Below, in pieces: positions 44,530 through 51,852 of a stretch of DNA of 64,000 bases. Source of the stretch: Pseudomonadota bacterium (GTDB lineage Bacteria > Pseudomonadota > Alphaproteobacteria > UBA11222); contig JBMOMW010000059.1 in assembly GCA_049325255.1 (NCBI GenBank), positions 585-64,584 of the forward strand. Direction: 5' to 3'. Under the pieces are notes generated by a model that made no database searches, had not been told where the DNA came from, and worked only from the letters and a program-made list of their open reading frames with translations. Numbering within the stretch: the stretch's first letter is position 1; each line of letters opens with the position of its first letter. The position numbers and the translations under genes were made by a program.

Positions 44530-44933
44530 GCGAACCGGTCTGGATTGAGGAGCGTGATGCGCTGGCCCTGCATGACCGGTTGCTGGCATTGTTCGGTGGC
44601 GCTGCGGGGTTGCGGGATAGCGGATTACTGAAATCCGCGCTCGCCCGGCCACAACAGATTTTCGCTTACGCCGGCACCGCCGGCACGATTGATCTGGCGG
44701 CGGCTTATATTACCGGCATTGTGCGCAATCATCCCTTTATTGACGGCAATAAACGCACCGGCTTTGTGACGGGCGTTTTATTTCTGGAACTGAACGGCTT
44801 GCGCTTTACCGCCAGCGAGGAAAACGCCGCTCAGGCGATACTGAATCTCGCGGCGGGCACATTGGATGAAGCGGGGTTGATTGGTTTTTTGCGGGAAAAT
44901 GTGATCCGCAATTCTGAAACGGATTCAGTCTGA
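44526..44933 (+). CDS. doc: Doc (death-on-curing) Fic-family toxin
   Basis: 135 aa with Fic motif [11 protein letters not shown]. Confidence 0.88.
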   Translation: MSEPVWIEERDALALHDRLLALFGGAAGLRDSGLLKSALARPQQIFAYAGTAGTIDLAAAYITGIVRNHPFIDGNKRTGFVTGVLFLELNGLRFTASEENAAQAILNLAAGTLDEAGLIGFLRENVIRNSETDSV

Positions 44934-45001
44934 ACGCCATACGCTGCCTGTCAGCGCTGAAATTTCATGCTATAGATACACAAACAAGAAGGAGCATCCG
45001 C

Positions 45002-45778
45002 ATGGCCTATGAAAATATCATCGTCGAAACCCATGGCCGCGTCGGGCTGATCCGGCTGAACCGGCCGGCCGCGCTGAACGCGCTGTGCAAGGCGCTGATG
45101 GATGAATTGACCCAGGCGATTGACGCATTCGAGGCCGATAACGGCATTGGCTGTATGGTCATCACCGGCTCTGAGCGCGCCTTTGCCGCAGGCGCGGACA
45201 TCAAGGAAATGCAGCCCAAAACTTACATGGGCGTGTTCATGGAAGATTTCATCACCGCCAATTGGGAACGCGCCGCGCGCGCCCGCAAGCCGGTGATCGC
45301 GGCGGTGGCGGGCTTTGCGCTGGGCGGCGGCTGCGAACTGGCGATGATGTGCGATTTCATTCTGGCCGCCGACACGGCCAAATTCGGCCAGCCGGAAATC
45401 AATCTGGGCGTGATGCCGGGCGCAGGCGGCACCCAGCGCCTGACCCGCTTTGTCGGCAAATCCAAGGCCATGGAAATGTGCCTGACCGGACGCATGATGG
45501 ATGCGGCAGAGGCGGAACGCGCGGGCCTGGTCAGCCGCATCGTGCCCGCCGCCGATCTGGTGGCCGAGGCGTTGAAGGTGGCCGCCGTCATCGCCGATAA
45601 ATCCCTGCCCATCGCCATGATGACCAAGGAATCCATTAACCGCGCCTATGAGGTGTCGCTGGCCGAAGGGGTGCGCTTTGAACGCCGCCTGTTCCATTCG
45701 CAATTCGCCACAAAGGACCAGTCCGAGGGCATGGCGGCGTTTATCGATAAGCGCCAGCCCAAATTCAGCAACGAATAG
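45002..45778 (+). CDS. enoyl-CoA hydratase (crotonase family)
   Basis: 258 aa. [19 protein letters not shown] and [17 protein letters not shown] match the crotonase signature. Confidence 0.92.
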   Translation: MAYENIIVETHGRVGLIRLNRPAALNALCKALMDELTQAIDAFEADNGIGCMVITGSERAFAAGADIKEMQPKTYMGVFMEDFITANWERAARARKPVIAAVAGFALGGGCELAMMCDFILAADTAKFGQPEINLGVMPGAGGTQRLTRFVGKSKAMEMCLTGRMMDAAEAERAGLVSRIVPAADLVAEALKVAAVIADKSLPIAMMTKESINRAYEVSLAEGVRFERRLFHSQFATKDQSEGMAAFIDKRQPKFSNE

Positions 45779-45795
45779 CAGGACACACCCTCATT

Positions 45796-45885
45796 GTCAT
45801 TGCCCGGTTTAGCCGGGCAACCCACACCCCCAAAACCCAGGCCATTGGATGTGGCATGGATTACCCGGACAAGCCGGGTAATGAC
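45796..45885. repeat. MITE/REP-like palindromic element (90 bp)
   Basis: GTCATTGCCCGGTTTAGCCGGGCAACCCA and its inverted copy TGGATTACCCGGACAAGCCGGGTAATGAC form the ends. Confidence 0.7.
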
Positions 45886-45926
45886 ATCGTGAGGTTAAAG
45901 GCGCTTCAATCCGTTCACAAAATGAT

Positions 45927-47414
45927 CTATCCCTCACCCAGCAGCCTGTCCACCAATGCCTCGCAGCGCCCGCGTTCGGGCGCGCCGAATTGCTGAATTC
46001 TTACCGCGTAAGGATCGCCGCTGAAAAATATTTCGTAATGTTCCTGGCGGCTGCCAAATTCGGTGGCGACCGCGTCCCAGGCCAGCTTTTGCAATTGCAC
46101 TTTTTTGTGCGCTTCCATTTCGGGGCCGGCCAGCACGGCATTCAATGAAGCCGCAATTTCCGCATTGTCGAAATCGCCTTCGGTTGGCGTCATTACAAAC
46201 CCGCTCGATCCCACCCGCCGGATCACATCGCAGACCAGCGTATTGACCATCGGGAAAAACTGCCGCATGGCCGCGCCGCCGACAAAGCTGTGGAACGGAT
46301 GCACGCCCCGCGCCACTTCGAAAGTCTCGCTGTAATCCGCCTTGGCGCCCAGCAATTCCCTGGTGGCTTCGATGCGGCGCAGGGTTTCATTGGCCGCCGC
46401 CGTGATCAGCCCTTCGGCGATCTGCACATAGCCGACCAGTTCCCCCAGCATTTCCTGATAGCGCGGCATTTTATCGCGCCCGCTGACCGTGGCCAGCTTG
46501 CAGGCCAAGCCCGTCATGAAGCGCAGCTTTTCGGTGCCGCGAATGACCGCCTGCAATCCGACATGGCCGGGAAAGGCGACAATCAGTGCGTTATAGGCGC
46601 GGATATCGCCCGCCACAAACACCCGCTCCCACGGGATCAGCACATTGTCGAAAAACGCAATCGCGTCGCCTTCATCAAAGCGCCCTGACAATGGCCGGTC
46701 AAACCGGCTTCGTCCCTGATCATAGGTTTCACGCGCCACAAAGCGCAGCCCTTCGGCGGCCACTGGCACGGCGAAGGCGGCGCAATAGGCCTCTTCACCC
46801 GGCTTGCGCGGCATGAACGGACCGACCAGCAATTCATCGCTGACAGGGGCCAATGTGGACAGCATGCGCGCGCCATTGACGATAATCCCCGCACTGGTTT
46901 CCCTGACGATGCGCATGGAGGCTTGCGCATCGGGGCCTTTGGTGCGGTCGATCTGCGGATCAACCAATGTGTGCGTCATGCACACATCCTTATCGCGGCA
47001 ATGCGCGTAATAGGCGCTGGCGTTATCTGCGAATTTCTTGTCCTTCGCGCCCAGCACATGCGGCACCATGGCCATATCGGTAACCCAGGCGTTCATGAAA
47101 TCCGGCAGCCGCCCCATCAATCCGTAAGTATATTGCGAACGCGCCCGGTCGCCCGCCACGCGCGCCTCCATCAGCGCGCGGTCTGTGCCCGCGAGAAACG
47201 AATTGCTGACCAGCAGCCCGTCTTCCGGTGAGGCAAAGGTCAGCAGATCGCGCAGTCCCGCGTCATGATGCCGGTCATAATGGCGCGCCAGTTCCGCCAC
47301 CACGCCGCGAAAACCGTGATACTGCGTCACATCGCGCACCAGCTCGCCATTCACATGAATGCGCCGCCCGTCCTGCAACCCCTTGATATATTCCGCCCCC
47401 GTGCGCGCGCCCAT
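45927..47414 (-). CDS. 4-hydroxyphenylacetate 3-hydroxylase (HpaB) family flavin-dependent monooxygenase, oxygenase component
   Basis: 495 aa. It is collinear with E. coli HpaB as I recall it (TGAEYIKGLQDGRRIHVNGELVRDVT, SGRFDEGDAIAFFDNVLIPWERVF, KLAWDAVATEFGSRQEHYEIFFSG). No reductase component lies nearby. Confidence 0.85.
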   Translation of the reverse strand: MGARTGAEYIKGLQDGRRIHVNGELVRDVTQYHGFRGVVAELARHYDRHHDAGLRDLLTFASPEDGLLVSNSFLAGTDRALMEARVAGDRARSQYTYGLMGRLPDFMNAWVTDMAMVPHVLGAKDKKFADNASAYYAHCRDKDVCMTHTLVDPQIDRTKGPDAQASMRIVRETSAGIIVNGARMLSTLAPVSDELLVGPFMPRKPGEEAYCAAFAVPVAAEGLRFVARETYDQGRSRFDRPLSGRFDEGDAIAFFDNVLIPWERVFVAGDIRAYNALIVAFPGHVGLQAVIRGTEKLRFMTGLACKLATVSGRDKMPRYQEMLGELVGYVQIAEGLITAAANETLRRIEATRELLGAKADYSETFEVARGVHPFHSFVGGAAMRQFFPMVNTLVCDVIRRVGSSGFVMTPTEGDFDNAEIAASLNAVLAGPEMEAHKKVQLQKLAWDAVATEFGSRQEHYEIFFSGDPYAVRIQQFGAPERGRCEALVDRLLGEG

Positions 47415-47489
47415 TATGCTGTCTCCCTGATATGTTTGGATGAGCGTAGAACAGATTGCGACAAGATAGAATCAGTTTATAGCCCCATT

Positions 47490-47528
47490 CACAGTGTCAC
47501 CCCGGACAAGCCGGGTGATGACAGTGTG
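47490..47528. repeat. single-hairpin member of the CCCGGACAAGCCGGG repeat family
   Basis: CACAGTGTCACCCCGGACAAGCCGGGTGATGACAGTGTG is self-complementary. Confidence 0.6.
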
Positions 47529-47677
47529 AGTTTAGAGAAACGGCGGTCCTAGTGGGCTGCCGTTTTTCCGTTGCGGCATAGACCAAGGGCAGAAGGGGGG
47601 CTGACCCCTTTATGTTTTTCTGCCATTACCCCTCTTGTCGCCCCCACCCTCTCTCTGTCATTTCCCCATCCTCTCCT

Positions 47678-47763
47678 GTCATTGCCCGGCTTGTCCGGGC
47701 AACCCAGACCCCATCAGGGACCTCGCGTGTCGCATGGATCACCCGGACAAGCCGGGTGATAAC
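47678..47763. repeat. MITE/REP-like palindromic element (86 bp)
   Basis: GTCATTGCCCGGCTTGTCCGGGCAACCCA and its inverted copy TGGATCACCCGGACAAGCCGGGTGATAAC form the ends. Confidence 0.7.
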
Positions 47764-47828
47764 AGCAATAGGGAGAGAACAAACGGTTTGATCTAAATGC
47801 ATCATGATCTAAATAATTGAAATAAAAC

Positions 47829-47859
47829 GGCTGACAAAAAATTGTCGGCCCTTTTTTTT
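47829..47859 (+). terminator. strong orphan intrinsic terminator
   Basis: GGCTGACAA (47829-47837), loop AAAA, TTGTCGGCC (47842-47850), then C plus eight T. No protein gene lies upstream on either strand. Confidence 0.6.
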
Positions 47860-47902
47860 GGTTAAATCTGTGTGACAATGTTTACTTTCATGTCAGTTCG
47901 GA

Positions 47903-47931
47903 TTGACATTTGAATTAAAGCAGTGTAATTA
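47903..47931 (+). promoter_or_regulatory. candidate sigma70 promoter TTGACA-17 nt-TAATTA for the diiron oxygenase gene
   Basis: TTGACA lies at 47903-47908 and TAATTA at 47926-47931. This would give a 5-prime UTR of about 100 nt. Confidence 0.4.
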
Positions 47932-47941
47932 AAACACACGA

Positions 47942-47978
47942 GATGTGGCGACGGGACGATGTGGCGACGGGACGATGA
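47942..47978 (+). repeat. 16-bp tandem direct repeat (2.3 copies) GATGTGGCGACGGGAC
   Basis: Exact copies lie at 47942-47957 and 47958-47973, followed by the partial copy GATGA. Confidence 0.8.
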
Positions 47979-48042
47979 ACGGCCCCGGCTGCCTGCGGAC
48001 TTTGAGATGTTTCACAGAATTACAGCAATGAGGAGTACTGAA

Positions 48043-49155
48043 ATGGAAAACTTCAATATCGACGACGCCTATGAATGCGTGAAGTCGGATGATTTCCCGG
48101 CGATGCTGAACCCGGACCGCTACATGAAGCGTTCAAATGCGTTCGACAAGATCATTGCGGCGACCAATGATCATTTCTGGGATCCGATGGACCCGAAATA
48201 TGTCGATTTCTCGAAGAAGTTTGACATTGAAAATGAAATGATCATGCCGGAAACCTTCAATCTGGAACTGCGTACCGCCGTGGCCGACAAGCTGAATGAC
48301 AAGCAGAAGGTTCGCATGGTGAACGGCTCTGTACATTTCACACTTTCCGGTATTCTGCATGGCGAACAGGCGGCACTTAGCCTGTCTGCTGATCTGTGCC
48401 ACATCCTGCTGGATCCGGGGGCGCAGGAATATGCCGCCAATCAGGCTCGCGAAGAAGCCCGTCATGTGACCGGCTTTACCAATTATATCCGTTCCATGTG
48501 GGGCAAGCCGACGGTCATGGATCCGTTCCTGCTGACCCTGATCAATGAAATGGTCTACAGCCCGCTTGTCTGGAAAAAGATTGTCGGCCTGCAAATGGTT
48601 CTGGAAGGCCTGGCCATGGGCCTGTTCTCGAACTTTTACCAGTTCGCGAACGACCCCGTGCTGAAACAATTGTTGCAGTTCACCATGACCGACGAGGCGT
48701 TCCACCACAAATTCGGCAAGATCTGGGCGGACAAGACCGTGCCGTATCTGCCCGAACATGAACGCGAGCAGATCGAAGACTGGGCCTGGACGATTTTCAG
48801 CGCGCTGCTGAAAGGCAACAGCTTTGGTTTCGAGCACAAGAATGCGCTGTACACGGAACTTGGCCTGGACTGGAAATGGGTGCAGGCTGCGGTATTCGAA
48901 GCCATGACCGACAAGCGCCGCCGCGACAGCATGACAAAAAGCACGAGCGTGTTCCGCTCGCTGGTCAAGACGCTGCTGAAATCCGGGATCATCACGCAAC
49001 GCACCGCGCCCAATTATGCATCGTTTGTCGATCTGAAAGAGCTGCGTGAAGAAGGCGATTCGATGGTCGGCGACGCGATTGCCGAAGAAGGCATCAAGTT
49101 CCTCAAGGCGATCAACGAAGGCCGCGATCCACGCGCACTGGCGGCGGCTGAATAG
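48043..49155 (+). CDS. ferritin-like diiron-carboxylate protein (putative oxygenase), 370 aa
   Basis: Start is at ATG 48043 after AGGAG (7-nt spacer). The four-helix-bundle ligand pattern E...ExxH...E...ExxH is present as LHGEQAA, REEARH, VLEGLA and TDEAFHH. Confidence 0.6.
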   Translation: MENFNIDDAYECVKSDDFPAMLNPDRYMKRSNAFDKIIAATNDHFWDPMDPKYVDFSKKFDIENEMIMPETFNLELRTAVADKLNDKQKVRMVNGSVHFTLSGILHGEQAALSLSADLCHILLDPGAQEYAANQAREEARHVTGFTNYIRSMWGKPTVMDPFLLTLINEMVYSPLVWKKIVGLQMVLEGLAMGLFSNFYQFANDPVLKQLLQFTMTDEAFHHKFGKIWADKTVPYLPEHEREQIEDWAWTIFSALLKGNSFGFEHKNALYTELGLDWKWVQAAVFEAMTDKRRRDSMTKSTSVFRSLVKTLLKSGIITQRTAPNYASFVDLKELREEGDSMVGDAIAEEGIKFLKAINEGRDPRALAAAE

Positions 49156-49177
49156 TCGATCCGTCTACGGATAATCC

Positions 49178-49212
49178 AAAAATGGCCGCGCAGAAAAGTG
49201 CGGCCATTTTTA
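49178..49212. terminator. bidirectional terminator between convergent diiron and tetR genes
   Basis: AAAAATGGCCGC-loop-GCGGCCATTTTT has an A-run and a T-run flanking an 8-bp GC-rich stem. It overlaps the TetR stop codon. Confidence 0.7.
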
Positions 49213-49854
49213 TGCCTTGATCACCTTGCCCGGGTCAGACAATGGCAGGGCCGGGATGCCGCCGGTAAACAGTTGCGATGCGAATCGCGCGGCGGCTTCC
49301 ACATCCACGGGCATGCGCTGGATCATGGCGTCGCCAACTTCCAGCGCCACGCCGATAATCGCCGACACGAAATAATCGATATCAATGAATGGCAGCAGTC
49401 CGCGCCGGATCGCCTCTTCCACGTCATCGCGCAGACCGGCAATAATTTCCGGCGTATCCTGCTGCAAGCGCAACAGACCACTGTTGCGCCGCGTGATTTC
49501 ATACAGATCGCGGTTGATATTAATGATCTCGAAAAAGGAATGAAAGGTGCGATGCACGAAATCCGAAAATGATGTGGCGCGGCTGCGTTCAGCATGCAGG
49601 CGCGGGCGCACCTGCTGCGCCGTTTCATCGCGCAGCGCCTTGAAAATTTCTTCCTTGCCGCGAAAATAATTGTAAAACGTGCCGCTGGCCAGACTGGTGC
49701 GCCCGATAATGTCGCGCACTGTCGTCTCGCTATAGCCAAGTTCGCCAAACAGTGCGCGCGCCGCCGTCAGAATGGCGGCGCGATTGGCCTCTTTGGTCTG
49801 CTCCCGCTTGCCTGCGGGAACCGGTTTATGACTGGCGGACGGTTTCTTATCCAT
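49210..49854 (-). CDS. TetR/AcrR-family transcriptional regulator
   Basis: 214 aa. N-terminal HTH is ILTAARALFGELGYSETTVRDIIGRTSLASGTFYNYF. Confidence 0.88.
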   Translation of the reverse strand: MDKKPSASHKPVPAGKREQTKEANRAAILTAARALFGELGYSETTVRDIIGRTSLASGTFYNYFRGKEEIFKALRDETAQQVRPRLHAERSRATSFSDFVHRTFHSFFEIININRDLYEITRRNSGLLRLQQDTPEIIAGLRDDVEEAIRRGLLPFIDIDYFVSAIIGVALEVGDAMIQRMPVDVEAAARFASQLFTGGIPALPLSDPGKVIKA

Positions 49855-49877
49855 GGCTCCAGTTCACGCGCAGGCGG

Positions 49878-49899
49878 TGCAAATTGCAAATGCCATTTG
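49878..49899. promoter_or_regulatory. two overlapping palindromes upstream of tetR (candidate operator)
   Basis: TGCAAATTGCA lies at 49878-49888 and CAAATGCCATTTG at 49887-49899. Confidence 0.35.
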
Positions 49900-49900
49900 T

Positions 49901-49941
49901 AAAAGAAAATTCCCGGACCGGTAAAAACACCGGACCGGGAA
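49901..49941 (-). terminator. terminator after the FecR-domain gene
   Basis: The minus strand reads TTCCCGGTCCGGT-GTTTTT-ACCGGTCCGGGAA (one mismatch) followed by TTTTCTTTT. Confidence 0.6.
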
Positions 49942-49979
49942 ATGGCCAAATGCAGGATACAATCGAATGGCGCCCCCCT

Positions 49980-51707
49980 TTATGGAGCATCCAGCACGGC
50001 GGCAACCCCACCTGAAGAAGCGCTGTCGCCGAAGCGGTTCAGAACCCTGGGCGTCCCTGTCGCAGCGTCAATCTCCAGCCCAACCCATACATTGCCCGGT
50101 TGTCCAACCGTTGGGCTGACTGTTGCGCGAACAGTGCCATTGACAATCGTGCTGCCACCTGGTCCACGGGAAATTTGCCCGTTGGTGATATAGCGCATGC
50201 GGACATTGGCGTCATTGGCCAGGCCTGTGGTGCCGACCCCTGCTGCGCCTGCGCCAAAGTTAAACACCCCGGCGCGATAGGGCGCGCCTGCAGTCAGAGC
50301 CGATATGCCGACCACCTCGGACCCGCCAAGGCCGGTCTGGTCTTCATCCAGCAAGGCAAACGGCGCCGAGGTGAAGCTGCCCGTATTGGCGAAATTGATA
50401 TCCGTTCTTCCTCCGGAACTGTTGGGGTCATTGACAGACACATGCAAATCAACATCTGCAATATTTGACCAGATCATTTCGATGGCAAAAGGCAGCGCCA
50501 CACCAAATGGCAGGGCGCCAAGCGCATCATTCTGCGCCACCTGGGTCACATTTTCAATCGGCGTGGCGCCAGTTGGAGGCGGTGGCGGAGGAGGTGCAGT
50601 AGTTGTAGGCGGCGGCGCAGTCGTGGTGGGTGGCGGTGGCGCTGTTGTCGTGGGCGGCGGCGTTGTAGTCGGCGGCGGCGGCGCAGTCGTGGTGGGCGGT
50701 GGTGGTGGCGCCGTTGTAGTGGACGGTGGCGGCGCCATGTTTGCCTCTTGTTGAGAAGCGCCGCCAATGACCCCGCCATCCGACGCCAGCGTCGTGCTCT
50801 CGGTCGCGACGCCAAGGTCCGCCAGCACCCCGGCAACGGCCACTGAATCCATCCCCGTTTCAGCCACCGACGAACCGGATGTTGCTGCGGCATCTACTAC
50901 TGTAGGCCCGCTTTCGGATGCGCCGCCAGCGCTGTCCGATTCACCTTCACCTTCCGCCGGGGCGTCCGTGGTTGGCACGGGCGCCGTTAACTGACTTTGC
51001 AGCAGAAGGGTGAGACGCGGGGGGGTCTGAATGACCGGCCCTGGCGCCTGCCCCGGTGTGACAAAAGTTCCATATCCGGCGCGAAATACGTCTGTGCCGC
51101 CCTGCGGGGTCGTCACGGTCATGCCGCCCACCTTCAGGCCGCCGTCATTACGCCCGCCCGGGCCAAGCAGGCCGATAAACTGGGCGCCATCGGCCGATTC
51201 GGGGTCATCCATAATGAACAGCGCCGTGCCGCGCACCCCGATGGTGGCGTCACGGGACCTGATCGTGACAGCGGTTGGATTGGTGGCCGCCACCTTGCCC
51301 GACACATAGCGCAGCACGCCCTTGGTAAAATTTGCCGTCAGCCGGCCGGCCTGCGAAGAAGGATCATACACAAATTCGTCAATCACCAGATCGCTGTCCG
51401 GTCCAATGGTGAACACGGTTTCATCGAGTAGCAAGACCTGCATGCGAGAGGCCGCCGCACTGTTCACCCGGTCCCCCAGCAGCATATCCATGCCGGATTT
51501 CACGGCCTCCGGCGCCGGGCGTTCGCCCTCGGAAACGCGCAGATTGCCGATGACGCCTGCGGCCACCCCCGCCTGCTGGGCCGCCAGAACCGGCCCGCTC
51601 AGGACGCTCAGGCCCATTAGCGCCATGGCGCAGCCTCCCATCATGTCCAGAGCAATCCTGCGGCTCGCCATCAATGTCCCAAACTTGAATGTCCCAAACT
51701 TGCGCAT
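49980..51707 (-). CDS. secreted FecR-domain protein with Pro/Thr repeat linker and YfaP/DUF2135-like C-terminal domain
   Basis: Start is at ATG 51707 after GAGGAG. Signal peptide ends ...LSVLSGPVLA|AQQ. The FecR-like region is LLGDRVNSAAASRMQVLLLDETVFTIGPDSDLVIDEF. An acidic Ser/Gly segment follows, then (TTTAPPPP)n. The C-terminal part reads IWSNIADVDLHVSVNDP...LLDEDQTGLGGSEVV...APYRAGVFNF. Confidence 0.7.
   Translation of the reverse strand: MRKFGTFKFGTLMASRRIALDMMGGCAMALMGLSVLSGPVLAAQQAGVAAGVIGNLRVSEGERPAPEAVKSGMDMLLGDRVNSAAASRMQVLLLDETVFTIGPDSDLVIDEFVYDPSSQAGRLTANFTKGVLRYVSGKVAATNPTAVTIRSRDATIGVRGTALFIMDDPESADGAQFIGLLGPGGRNDGGLKVGGMTVTTPQGGTDVFRAGYGTFVTPGQAPGPVIQTPPRLTLLLQSQLTAPVPTTDAPAEGEGESDSAGGASESGPTVVDAAATSGSSVAETGMDSVAVAGVLADLGVATESTTLASDGGVIGGASQQEANMAPPPSTTTAPPPPPTTTAPPPPTTTPPPTTTAPPPPTTTAPPPTTTAPPPPPPPTGATPIENVTQVAQNDALGALPFGVALPFAIEMIWSNIADVDLHVSVNDPNSSGGRTDINFANTGSFTSAPFALLDEDQTGLGGSEVVGISALTAGAPYRAGVFNFGAGAAGVGTTGLANDANVRMRYITNGQISRGPGGSTIVNGTVRATVSPTVGQPGNVWVGLEIDAATGTPRVLNRFGDSASSGGVAAVLDAP
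50574..50735 (-). repeat. imperfect tandem coding repeats encoding PPPSTTTAPPPPPTTTAPPPPTTTPPPTTTAPPPPTTTAPPPTTTAPPPPPPP
   Basis: GGCGGYGG/GTNGTNGT units repeat with a period of about 21-24 nt on the plus strand. Confidence 0.85.
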
Positions 51708-51852
51708 AGTGATTCTCCTCAGCCCTTTAAGCGACAATACTTAACAATTATTAACTGAATCTTACAGATGAATATATTCTTGCTTGGTTAACCATTGAAA
51801 GGCATAAACAGCATATTGGCGATGTTTTTTTATCCTTTTTAGGGGGATCCGG

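Noticed and set aside
47571-47759. 62-aa ORF in the HpaB/diiron intergenic region
   Set aside because: It is made almost entirely of MITE and polypyrimidine repeat sequence (LSLSFPHPLLSLPGLSGQP) and has no RBS.
50574-50735. Possible CRISPR-like or non-coding tandem repeat
   Set aside because: The repeats are in frame within a long ORF and encode a Pro/Thr linker. There are no spacers and no cas genes.
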